Part shown: piece by piece, positions 51,551-63,736 of the stretch
How the letters are laid out: each line of letters opens with the position of its first letter
Position numbering within the stretch: position 1 is the first letter of the stretch
Assembly: GCA_030704615.1 (NCBI GenBank)
Contig: CM060732.1
Location: 3,534,001-3,598,000 of the forward strand
Direction of reading: 5' to 3'
From: Takakia lepidozioides
Lineage: Eukaryota; Plantae; Bryophyta
Length of the DNA stretch: 64,000 bases
Position numbers and translations under genes: made by a program
The notes under the pieces: model-generated
Database searches by the model: none
What the model saw: the letters and a program-made list of their open reading frames with translations, nothing else
Told to the model about the DNA's origin: nothing

Positions 51551-53439
51551 GAAATAACCCTTCTCCAAAGGTGAGAGAGTCAAAAAGTCTCATCTCACAA
51601 GATGCCTAACCACTAGGCCATATGTTGGATGACGCTAACATGCATGATTTATCTGTTTAATGGACTCATTTATTTTGGTAACCACTACTTAATGACGCAC
51701 GACATCTTATTTGGCGACATGAACGATGTGATTGACCATGGGTGCGAAAATGTCATGCAATTTGATGTGACAAAGGCATGGCTTTAACCGGTAATGACCA
51801 TGGACGGTTGATCCATATGTATTCTTGTTGAATGAGGATTCTCACCAAATGAGTGTCGGTTACGCCATTACCCTCACCTACCTGTTGGATGTAGGCTCTT
51901 ACATCATCCCATGGGGCATAAAGACAAATTGTAGATAGAAGAATATTGGTTAGCCAGCCCAATGGATCTTAATATAAACTTAATGTTTCCAGACCTCAAA
52001 TATCACACTGTAATTTATTTGTATCCTTTTTTGGTCTTGTGACAAACTTGGTGCAATGTAGGATATCGGTCACTCTCACTTGCTTGGTCTTGGATCCTAC
52101 TATTGACCAACAAAAATGCTCCATTTTTGGCATCTTTATGGCGACTCTAATGGTCCTTGGTAAGTGCATGGGGTCATGAATCATAATTAAAGTGGTTAAT
52201 TTAGATGTGAACACCCACATGTGCAACTCTAATGCAATATCTAAATAGAACTCAAAGTGAGCTTCCTTACAAATGGTTGTGGGTTCAAAAGCCACATACA
52301 TGTGTGTGATGTTTATGGCCACCCATGTGTTGTCCAGGAAAGCGGGTAACTATGTCAACCCATTACATTGGTAATGTGTGGACACCTTGGGGCTTTTGAG
52401 TCATTAGGGGTAGGTTGGGCAATCGGGCCGTGTTGTTTTGCCAGTTATGGCCATTAGTAGAAAGTGTCCACCCTTTTTGTTTGGAAGGTAGTAGCCATTT
52501 GGGTCGGTGAAGTGACACCAGAAATTATGCTTGCGTCGGCAAGAGTCTTCCTTTCTTCATGTGTGTTGAAAACCTCTTGAAGAGAATATATTAAATTTGT
52601 ATTCATTATACATAACAACAGAACTGGAGAGAAGTGAATCCATGTCCACAATGATTGGCATGACGTTGATAACATAGTTCTAGAACGAACGTTAGTTCAG
52701 AATTATTGTCACGTCTATAATGACGTCATGTTCAGACGGTCAAGAGTTGATGCATGCCAGTATAATGCCAACCAAAGTTAGAGTAAATAAAAGTAGTCTC
52801 TTCCCCTTGTGGATGCTATATCGTATTGATTATCGAAGATTCTCCTCTTTATGCTAACTCTGGTTGGCGTCGTTTCTCTCTCTATTGAATTATCATTATA
52901 CCATCCACTCGTCATATCTAACCTCCTAGGATTAGTAATCCAAGTATTTTTCACTCCATGGATGTAAGTTGTTCATAGCAACAATTGTAGTATTGGCAAC
53001 AACTCTGCAATGTTTAAGTCTAATTGAAGGATTGTCAGACAAGAAAAGGACAAGGGATACGCCAAGTTTGTAGCAGCCGGAAATACACTTTCCTTCAAAC
53101 TAACATAGTAATAATTTAATCCCCGTAGATTTTCTCATTAATGTATGTGAGAATTTTATGTCTTAGTTATAGGAAATTGTTTGCAAACAAAGGGCCCTCC
53201 TGCACCATACAAACCACTAGTCTGTAGCTCAATTGGATAGTACATTATATGTCACTTAGATGATTTTGGGTTCATTAAATCTTATTATCTTGTTGGGCGT
53301 GGTACAATCTTGTTCCCCTTCCCTTGGGCGGTATCCCATGAGCCTTGTGCTCAGCATCGTGGCAAAATAGGGCTCCAAATGTAACTTAGGCCATCGGATG
53401 CCCTAAAGAGTGCCAATGGAACACGTTTCCACAACTGTC

Positions 53440-53575
53440 TGCAGAACCACATCTATACATGGAGGTTGTTTTTCAGAAAATAGTACTCTCCCTACTTCAT
53501 GGCAACCAATGCCTTGCGCCTACCAACATGTTTCCAAAGGGAGTCTAACTTTGGGCACAAAAATAAAGCAACCAT
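53440..53575 (-). pseudogene. Short N-terminal relic of a ZNF862-like hAT transposase
   Basis: Minus frame PKLDSLWKHVGRRKALVAMK*GEYYFLK; recalled family motif only. Confidence 0.45.
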
Positions 53576-54269
53576 AACCAGCCCAATGAAAAGACAAATT
53601 AGAAAACCAACAAGCACGAGTGTGGTCTTTGAAATAGTCTGCCATCATGATTGCCTAACAAAATTCTATCTAAGACACATATGCTGATCTAGTAATATCA
53701 CCCACGACTACTTTTAACGTTAAGGTAGTTGTAGACCCACGGTGATATTTGTGGGTATAACTAGGTAATATCAAACTGAAGTCCAAGCTACTTTTAGCGC
53801 TCAGTTAGTTGTAGACCCAAGTGAATGCTTAGTTTTGCCTTAAGGATGGCTTGGCCCAACAAAGACCATGCGTATCATCCATCCACATGTACAATCCATC
53901 TATAATTATGGATAAAATACTTCTATGTTTGTATTCAGCTAACTCATTCCATGGATCTTTGGTCCTAGAAAAAAAATGGTATTGTGAGATTTTCCTAAGA
54001 AACCTTTGCGGTAACCGCCCAACACTGGTTATTTCTGACCTTCAAAAACTTGAACTATTTTTTGTGAATTTCCAGCGACCAAAAGTACTTGGAATTCCAC
54101 ATCTCCCACACCGCAGGTCCAAAAGTCATGAGTCCAAGCCGGTGCACCCCTCCTCCTCGAGGGCTTTCCAACGGTACCAAGCACCAACACCGGGGCCTTG
54201 TGGTTTGGGACATCTCAACGTGACAAAACAAAACAAAACAAACATCTTGCTTCATAGATTGATGAGCCC

Positions 54270-55270
54270 TTGCAGCGAGTGGCAGCAGAATACAATACTT
54301 TGATTGTGAAAATGGCCATTGATGCTGAGAACGAAGTGAAGGCCGTGGCAAATTTGGCCTTGTTGTGTGATGTCGAAACTTTGTTAGGGCTGCCTTGTAT
54401 ATTGTCTATATTGTTGCAGTCAATACAATCACTCATGAAATTTGCACATGCCATGGATGTGTTTGTATGTGACTATGTGGCTGCTGTGAAGATTTGCCAA
54501 TCTGATTTGTACAAGTTGTACTCAGATCCAGTTGCTGCATTCAGTCCAAAGGCATTTCCAGAGTTTACAGATGTGGTGCACAACACCAGTTGTCGTATCA
54601 CTCAAGATTGGGTGTGTGACCTGAATACAGGTTTGGAGACGCTACCTTATATTATCAATGGTCACTCCTACATGCAGGCTCACATGCATATAAGTGTAGG
54701 TTCTGACGTTCTGGATTGACCCAAACTGGAAGATGTGACTTTAACCGAGTGCTTGAATGTGTGCAAATCAAGATTCAGTGCAAGGTCACAGTTGACACTC
54801 TTATTGCAGACCAGAACTTTCTACTTCATTTGACAGTTATGAAACAAGCTTTTTGTGTGCCTAAGTGTGCCAAGAATGATGGATGGAGAACTCAGCCCAT
54901 TCTTGGGACTGTCTTGGATTTGCAGAGCAGCCTTTTCAGGCTTCCAAGGTGATATGGCAGTCATGTGAGGCTAACCCACTCACAATTCTTTGGCAACGGC
55001 TTTCTACCAATGCATTGCTTCAGTCACATATATCTGAATATTTCAAACTGGCTGAAATAGTTTGCGTTATGGTGTTGGGGAGCACAGAGGATGAAATGAT
55101 GTTGAGTAACTTGGCATTCATGAAGGACAAACTCAGAAACAGGCTTGCAGGTCATCTGATCAAGCCTATGGTGAGACTACGGTTCGCTACATGTTCTCTC
55201 AGGATTTCGACAATGTGCATACCTTTCCTTTTCAAGATGCGATCACTTCTTGGCGTGGGGACAAAATTTG
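54270..55270 (+). pseudogene. hAT (ZNF862-like) transposase C-terminal relic
   Basis: RVAAEYNTLIVKM...LCDVETLLGLPCI...SLMKFA...EYFKLAEI...VLGSTEDE..LSNLAFMKDKLRNRL (hAT dimerisation domain). Confidence 0.85.
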
Positions 55271-56159
55271 ACGTGACACCTTTGCATAGATTTGCAGGGT
55301 GCAAATGTTTGCTTGACAGTCTTGAACATTGGCCATGAACTATTGCATTTGGCTTGAGGTTCTAACAATTACATCTGACTATATGTAATTGTAATTGCAT
55401 TTCTATTTCTTTGCAATGTATGACAGGCCACTATTCCTTGATCTTAGCAAGTATGGTGCAAGTTTAATTGTGGGTTGTAGGAATCCTGTGCTGCATTGGG
55501 CAGGGTTCTTTGGGGCTGAGGTTCAACTCCTCCGTAGGGTAAATGTCAATGTCAAAATTTGATCTACATTTGTGATCTGTATGTGTGCTTGGGGGCTAGT
55601 CTATATGCTTACCTTGGGGGGGGTGCCAAATAACACTATTTGTTATATGTCATTAGCCAGAACTATACACCTCATTTGTACCAATTAGCCTGTGGGTTAA
55701 TTCACATAGAAAGAGTTCCATTCGTCTATTATGGCTTTCAACTATTTTTGTACTTCGCCTTCTATTGCTCATCAGCATCCATTTGATTCGAAGAATATGA
55801 CAAGAGTGGAAATACATGTAGCCTACCAATTCGAGGAAAATTACCTAGAGTGGGCCACTTACACTACCCTACACCCCATAATATAGCCACTCGTACCCCT
55901 TTTCAAAATCCTTAAAAAAAACCATGATTGCGTGGTGCTTATAATAACCCGGGGATTGATATAACAAACAATATATTGGGCATCGATTATGGCTTCTTGA
56001 TTGATATAGCCAGTTATTATATTTGGGCAATTTTGATTATAATAGTTAAAGATGGATATATGTAACGGTGACATTGTCTTTGAGATGGTATTGATGGATG
56101 AAAAAGTATCAACCATCATGTATAGAACCATTTCATCGGATGCATATATGTGGGTATGA

Positions 56160-56850
56160 CTATGTACATTCTAGATATACATGTGTTATATATGAGGACG
56201 TTGTTGCGCATCTGCGAATCTTGGTCTCCCTCCAACTTGCAATGGCCTCATGATATGGGAATGACGTCTCAGCCTTGAAGAAATCTTGTGCAAACATGCA
56301 AACAGTAGTAATCAAGTGGCCAACCAAGCGATTCCGCAACTTGGACTTCATAAATGTCAAAGTGCTAAAAGTTTGTTCGTCTTCCACACTTCCCAGGAAT
56401 GTCTGATCTACTGCAATCTCAGCAAGTCGCATGTACTCATTCAAGCGCTGAACAAAGAGGCCATTTGTTAAAAGTTGTTGCCAAAGCTTTGTTACAAGGT
56501 TCATGTTAAAGGGCTACCCATGAACTTTTGAGCATTGGTTTTCATAATATTGACATCTGCAAATCAAGCAAGTTGTTGAGAGGCTCTTGGATTCAATAGT
56601 CAATTGATGTTGCCTTCTTTGGGGTACAGTAGACTTGTTTGAGGACTGTCATATGCCTAAGGAAGGCATCATCACAATCTACCTACAGCCAATACTGGGG
56701 GTAGACCACCCCAATAGCATTCATGACTTCACAATTAGGGAACCTCCTCTCAAGTTCAGAAACCAGTAGATCAGCTGCAGCAGTACATTGGGCTTTTACT
56801 CGAGCTACATGGTTAGCAAATCTGTTCTGTTCACAACAGAAGGCTACCCA
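56160..56850 (-). pseudogene. Second hAT (ZNF862-like) transposase relic, convergent with the first
   Basis: ELERRFP..EVMNAIGVVYPQYW...EYMRLAEIA...GSVEDEQTFSTLTFMKSKLRNRL. Confidence 0.85.
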
Positions 56851-56859
56851 GTCATTGGT

Positions 56860-57130
56860 GAGGGAATTGCTATATCGTGAGCCTGGAGTCGTGAGCCTGT
56901 GAGCCCAACCAGGCTCACGCCACGTCACACATTTATTTCCAAGATACTGGACGTATTTCCGCGGGAGGTTCCTATTTCCGTGGAAGGAATTCCCCTTTCC
57001 AGTCAATACACACCACCACTATATCATCCACCTTTGTCATCCTCATTTATCTTGTAGGTCTATCATGTAGCTTTATCATCCACCTTTATCATCTACCTTT
57101 ACGATGTAGCTCTATCACGCAGCTTTCCTA
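56860..57130 (+). mobile_element. Diverged terminus related to the CAGGGATGCC element
   Basis: GAGGGAATTGCTATATCGTGAGCCTGG...CTCACGCCACGTCAC...GTATTTCCGCGG parallels 43711-43900. Confidence 0.6.
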
Positions 57131-57190
57131 TCCATCCTGAAAGTGTATCTATTGTTGGATTGTTTGAGAGGAAGGATGGAGGTAGGCTAG

Positions 57191-57390
57191 TTCCCACGCA
57201 AATACCCTGAAAAGTAATGTACGGCACTGCACACTACTTTCAGGGCATCTGCGGTGCACGTTTTCTCTGCAGCTGCTCATTATATATATATATATATATT
57301 CCGTTCCCACGCAGATGCCTTGAAAATAGTGTACGGCACCACACACTGTTTTTAGGACATCTGCGGTGCGCGTGTTCTCTGCAGTTGCTA
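57191..57390. repeat. Two ~112-bp tandem hairpin-forming units separated by (TA)n
   Basis: GTTCCCACGCA(A/G)AT...CATCTGCGGTGC.CGT.TTCTCTGCAG occurs twice. Confidence 0.7.
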
Positions 57391-60300
57391 TCCCCCACAC
57401 ATATTATTTTTATTTTTTTGCCTATACAGTACACCCGCCCAGAATACTCTCTCGAAAGGCCAAAAAGAAAAAAGAAGAAAAAAAAACACCCAATAGATGA
57501 GGGGAGAGGCAAATGAAAGTGAAAGGGGAAGGGAACCCAGACGGGTCTCTTTTCATTGTCGGTTTGTTTGCAATATGCAACTTAAGTTGGCAGACTGCAC
57601 AACATTGCAGCAGGGATGCCTCGGCGTGAGCCTGGTCACGTGAACGCGTGAGCGCAACTGCGCTCACGCCACGTCACCTTGCGCAAATGCCACGTCACTG
57701 GGCTCACTCCACGTCATCACACGTGAAGGCCGCGTCACCACGCGCCCAGAAAGAAGTGGAGTGTATTCCCGCGGATTGGCACCCTTTACCGCGGACAAGC
57801 TGGACGACATAATAAAAGACATTGAATAAAGGATGGATAAATGTACAGTTGGATGATAAAAAGATGGATGAGTGTGAAAAATGAATGTAGATGGATGAAT
57901 GAGGGATGGATAAGAGTAAAATGGATGAATGTATAATGGATGTTGAGCAATGACAAAAATTCATGACAGGAAGATGCATGACCAAAACTTTTGACGAATG
58001 CACAACGTATATGAAATGAGTGTGGAAGGTTTGTGGGGTGGATTAAAGAGTACAGAGGATGAATGTACAATGGATGTTGAACAAAGGAAAAAATTCATGA
58101 ATGGAGCACGCATGAATACACTGTAGATGAATGCACAATGGATATGAGAAGAGTCAGGGAGGTTTGTGAGATGGATTCATACATATTGCAATTTAAATGA
58201 AAGTTGATTCTGTGATTATTATTTGTTCTAAAGGAACAACTACGGTGGAGGAAGGGGATTCAACGTTTTCCAGATAGTATGAAAATGAAGAATATAGTTC
58301 AATCTGACTCAGAGTCAGTACAATGTATCCCCGCTTCCTCTGCATCTAAGTCTAAGTATTTTAGAACACCGGATCCACGCTGGATACACCTACGGCTGGC
58401 CACTAAAAAGTCAGGGGATAGGGACTCGGCCGCGTGAAGTGCCATTGCCTCGGCATAAACAGGAAGCAGAAAATTGGAAAGGGGGCTGTCGAAAACAGAC
58501 TCGCCAGAAATGACTGTATCTCCTGAAGATCCACCGCTGCTTTTCCTGAAAGTCAGCCTGAAAAAGTTATTACTGTAACTTTGATGTTATTGAGAAATTG
58601 AGTATGGCTCCCAAATAGGGTTTAGCACTTACTCACATGAAAAGTCGTTGTCGACCTGCTTATCTTTGGGATCGTCATCATTTCGAATTTGAATCCGATC
58701 AGTCTGTGTGCCTGAAGTGGAGTCAGACAAAAGGGGGAGGAGCACTATGTTGTAGAGGTCAGAATCACCCTCCATGCCAAAAAGGCTTCTTCCGCCTGCC
58801 TTGCATGCATGGTAAGTTGCTCCTGCACCAGACAGGATGACATGAACAATTTGGTGGGGGGGATTTAAGCACATGAAACTGTTGAAAGAAAACCAATTCG
58901 GAAGGGAAAGAACGAACCTGTGGACACAGAAAGATCGACCACCCGTGCAGAGCGGTGGCTGCATGACTCCAGCAGTATTTGCATGAACGTGGGGACTTTT
59001 CCTTTGCACCTCTCCAGGGAGTGCCATCTGGTCTCTTCAGAGTCTGACTGGACTGCATGAAGTTGTACAAAATGTCATCGACATGGGGCTCATAGGGGGG
59101 GTTGACGAAACAACCCTGGTCAGAAATCTCAAAGCTGCGGATGGAGGATGGTGTCTTTGAGGTGCGAATCCTCCGCAGGCAGATCGCCTCGAACATCCTC
59201 GTCTGCCAAAGATAGCAGGTTAGTGTGGTAAACACAATCTATAGCGGAAGTGTGTACATCGGCTATTCACTACTCAGACACAAAAAAATCATGAATCGGT
59301 AATGATCGGTGTCGATTATAACAGATTCTACTAGAGTGGAGCTGCAGAGAACATTGAAACTCATCATGAAAGCACAAGCAGAAGGGAGACGGCATACCAG
59401 CTGACCAGGGAAACCCCCTTTCACAAGGTAGAGGCTGTTCACACAATTCCATGTGCGCAAAACTTCAAACCCTGAAGACTTGAGGTATGATGCCAATGCC
59501 CGACGACTATCATTGTCACATGACTGAAAAAGCAGAAGTGTCCCTGCATCAGAGAGGAAGTTGTTACAGAACCCGAACACCCAACTCCAGTAGTTGTCCT
59601 CGAATTTGTTCCAGCCTGGCGTCTTGCCCTTTGGAAGAACTTCTGGCACAGCCTGGCCATCCGGGATGTCGAGAATGACAATGTCGGCCGCATAAGTTTT
59701 CTGCACACCACACACGAAGGTGGGACCTGTGCTCACCTGCAACAGACATGTTTTTTATAAGAACGATGGCAAGAATGTTTTCAAAGAACGAGGCTGAAAT
59801 ACTGCCAACGAAACTTTCAGAGAAAAAGGAAAGAAACTGGAATTCTCACCAGATTGAGGAATGAGATTATATTGTCCCAGGTAGGGGATGGCACCCCAGT
59901 GTATCCTCTCTTTCGACTCTGCATCATCGACAGCCAACCCTCATTAATAATTTTCATCTCTCCTGCCGAATCAGAACGGGAAGGGTGTGGCTTGGCTTCG
60001 AACACGCACTGAAGAGTGCGGGTATATCTTCCAGCAGTAAAGTCTTGCCCACTCTCCATCTCTTTTTCTTTCTCCTTCCCCTTGTCCTTTTCCTTCTCTT
60101 TGGACTTGTCTTTGTCCTTTGGCTTTGCTGGTGAGATGGCTATGACATCAACAACCTTGTCTTTTGGTTTGCGGCCCGCCTTCTTTCCCTTCTGCGGCGT
60201 TCCCTGAGCATCAGGCTCATTGGCAGCCAATGTTGCTATGTTTCGTTGGTACTCTTCGTCAATCAAAGGCGCCAGCATCTCAGCGTTATTGTTCAAGTAT

Positions 60301-60638
60301 TTCATATGTTGTTCCCGAAAGGTCGTGTGCTCCGGTGGGCAGTCAAGGTACCACCCACAATCTCTGAAGTGAGAAGGTCTAGTCCTTCAATATCCCTGCA
60401 GTATACATGGTTGGATCGTTTGCAGGGTCCGACCACATGTCAAGATAGTCTGGAATTCCGCTCAGGTGATTTCCTTCCATAAGCACATATTTCGTGTACC
60501 TGAAAAAGGAGATAAATCCCAACCCACAAAAGCGCTCAGTGAGTAAGATGCAAGTAGAACAAAATGAAAAAAACATAGATTGAAATGGCTCTGAGAACTG
60601 CTCCAAGGACCTTTCAGGACCACACGAATGCTCCAGAT

Positions 60639-61362
60639 GTGAATGTCGTCAACGCCATTCAAAACATTCCATTCAATGATACTGTAAATACACCCTAATC
60701 CAGGTGAATGCAAACTATCGTTTTTGAATGACACAGACATAGAAGTGAATGTTGTCAACGACATTCACTAATCAAGCCTAATTATTCCTCAAATGAAGCA
60801 AAATCACATGATGGAAATCATAAACTCGAGTAAGGAACCCTCCAGGAAAACTCAATGCACATTCATAACGAACATATCACTGAGGACCTCACAACAACAC
60901 TGTATGTGAATGGCGTGAACGCCATTCAAAAAAATACCAACAAGGAACCAATTACTTAGCTCCCAATCCATGTAAATTCGAATTGTCGCTGGAGAATAAT
61001 ACAGACACAGAAGTGAATGTCGTCAACGATATTCACTTTGGATTTCTCATAACAGAGCTTATCAAGCCTCCAGATTCCTCGCAAGAGGCAAAAACAATGC
61101 AGAACAACTGAATGTCTGCATTGACATTCAGCAAAATGAAGTGAGGAACCCTCACTGTAAACTCTATGGACATTACAAAAATTTACATAACTCTGAGGAC
61201 CTTTCAACAACTCCGGATGTGAATGTCGTCAACGCCATTCAAGGACATTATCAATTCTAATCAGGGACACTATAATTACACCCTTAGATCCTAACCAGGT
61301 GAATTCATATACTCGCTTAAGAATGACTCAGACAAAGAAGTGAATGTCGTCAACGACATTCA
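60639..61362. promoter_or_regulatory. Six palindromes in the 944-bp intron 5 (60500-61443), copy B
   Basis: TGAAT starts at 60640, 60746, 60907, 61014, 61220 and 61341; consensus GTGAATGTCGTCAACG(A/C)CATTCA(C). Confidence 0.75.
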
Positions 61363-63234
61363 ATCTGGATCTATGATTGCAATCCTTATGAAGCCACATT
61401 TTTTCCCAAAAAAAGCAGTAGAGTTTCAAGTATGACATTGCACCTGTACACAACTCGCATCATGGCCCACTCTCCTCCAACCTGACTGTCAAAGTCGTTG
61501 GACCGTAAAATGTTACCATCTTTGGAGAACTCCCGGAAAAAACAGTATCTCCAGGTGAGACCTCTCCACTTCCTTATGTATGCCTCTAATGACATTTGGG
61601 GAGGGGAAACAATCGAAATGTTCAAGTCCTTCAAAGTCTGATCCAGCACAATGACGGCGCGCTTTTCGAGCTGCAAATAGTATATTTGTCAGAATTGCAA
61701 AAGAGATAGTCATCACATACTTGAAGAGAAGAAAACAGCATGTTCGAATACACACCTGACTCCAAAATGTAGCCTTGTGGAGCCAGTTATCAAACACCAA
61801 ATCACTGAATCCTTCCACCTTTGTGCCAGGCTGTATGGTGCTCTTTGGGAACTGATTCAAGTCCTTTACTGTTTGATCTGAGTTCCATATCTCCAGCCAT
61901 CTTATTTTTGTTTGTGGGTCGACCATGGATATGGCCAGCCGGTGCAATTTCTCTTGCTGCATCTCCGGATGCACATGCTTGTCATAGTGTGTTTTGATCT
62001 GCTGAAGGAACTCAGGACCAAGTCCAGGATCTACTATTCTAAGTTGTTTTCCGAAGGCTGACATCAATTTGGTTCTTCGCATTTCAAACTCCTTCTTTAT
62101 TGCAGCTTCCACACCCTTTGATGTCCTTAGTTCTTCTGGTGTAGTGCGGTAATATTTGGATTTTCCCTTCTCAGCTGCCTCTGCCAGTTCTTGCTGCATT
62201 CATTCAAGTAGTGATTAGCTCCGAAGAGACTACAAACATGTATTCGAAAAGTAAACAGAGTACAGACTCGGGCTTACCGCATACATGTACTCCAGAAACG
62301 CCTCTCGTGTCAAAGAATACCAAGTGCCTGCAGCTCTTCCTGTTTCGCACTTCTTGATGATATTGGGTGGTAGTACTGTCCGAAAATCATCCAGCTTCAT
62401 CAGACCAATCCTCTGAATTCGGAATAGTGTGTGAACCAAGCTTGTTGTCACATGCGATTTCTCTGTCGATCTGCAAAAATATTGGAAACATTGCATTCCT
62501 TAACACTGTTTTTTGAGAATTAATAAGACACTACAGAGGGAATGAAATCTCCTGGATGACTTACTTGTTCACGTCGTGCATAGCTGTAAGAAGCCTAGCG
62601 ATGTCGTTTCCAGGATCCAAAACCATTGCCTCCACAGCAACATGCTTGTCTTTGTCTTTCGAATGGTGTTTCTGAATGTATCCCATCCATGCCAGCAATC
62701 GGTGGTTGCCGTCCCAGACGTAGAACATGTGGTTGCAGAATTGCTGGGTGTTCTTTCCCATCATGAGGCCCAGCTCGAACTCCTCATTGGCATCTTTCCA
62801 GCACTCATCCCAGTTATCACTGATCTCTGGAGACACTAATGTGCTTTTCCCATTTATATCCGTCAGTGACACATAAAAAACTTGTGCACCAAGTCTATAT
62901 CCATGCACAAAATCACTCTCCAATTTTGTTATGTCATGGGAAAGAGGTGGACGCACAACAGGCATTGATATCATCCGGCACAGAGGTATGTCCAGACGCC
63001 CTCCAGATACGAGCATGTCCCTTATAACCTCCTGAGAGTTTACCTTCTGGAATGACATGAGTTCTTTCACCTTGTCAAGGTAGTGCACTTCGGATTCATC
63101 TGCTTCATCTGTATTCTCTGAGCTTTTTGCGGACTCGTCCCCATCTCCAGATCCTTTCCCCTCTGATCCTGTAGGCTTCGACCTCACAGTTTTCTGCACG
63201 ATGCCATTCAGTTCTGACTGAGTGATTTGCAAAT

Positions 63235-63736
63235 AGTGAATGGCGGTAACGACCATCACTCTTTCTCAAAGAAACTCACCATGAATGGTGTGAAAGAATT
63301 CAGCACAATCTACACAAGCAAAGCTGATACTGCCGTATTCAAAACAAAAGCGAGAGCGATAGCGAACGGCGTTAACGACAATCACAACAGATAACGACCT
63401 ACCGGATCGGTGTTGTGTAATGACATCTATGTGTAACTGATTGGCGGCAACGACATTCAGTGTAGTTTAGGGCGGATAGTAAGTGCAGACTCTCTCTTCA
63501 AACACATAGGTACATAAATCTCATGAGGAGAATCGAATGGCGTTAACGACGCTCGCAATTCAGTAGTTCCTGCTAAAGAAGGGAAGAGGAAGGACTCCTT
63601 GAAAGGCAATCAGACTGACTGTATGATCTGAACACCAGTGAATGACTGTACCAATAGTCACCAACTCATTGTGCTGTAAACCCTTCGCAGAGGAGTAGAA
63701 AGCAAATCACCTTTGTGATTGTCGGTAGCGACAATC
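63235..63736. promoter_or_regulatory. Five degenerate copies of the same palindrome in intron 1
   Basis: 63235 AGTGAATGGCGGTAACGACCATCACT; 63361 AGCGAACGGCGTTAACGACAATCAC; 63437 CTGATTGGCGGCAACGACATTCAG; 63534 CGAATGGCGTTAACGACGCTCG; 63715 GTGATTGTCGGTAGCGACAATC. Confidence 0.65.

Noticed and set aside
53215-53285. tRNA gene (TAGCTCAATTGGATAG A-box); similar hints at ~51570-51625 and ~55510-55540
   Set aside because: No complete cloverleaf or intact B-box/acceptor stem; at most decayed SINE heads.
43711-57610. Copies A and B as the two LTRs of one giant retroelement
   Set aside because: No TG...CA ends, PBS or PPT; A is simply truncated at a Copia fragment and B continues with more exons.
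60639-61362. CRISPR-like array (palindromic repeats with spacers)
   Set aside because: Spacers are ~80-185 bp, unequal and partly homologous to each other; the array lies in a spliceosomal intron; there are no cas genes.
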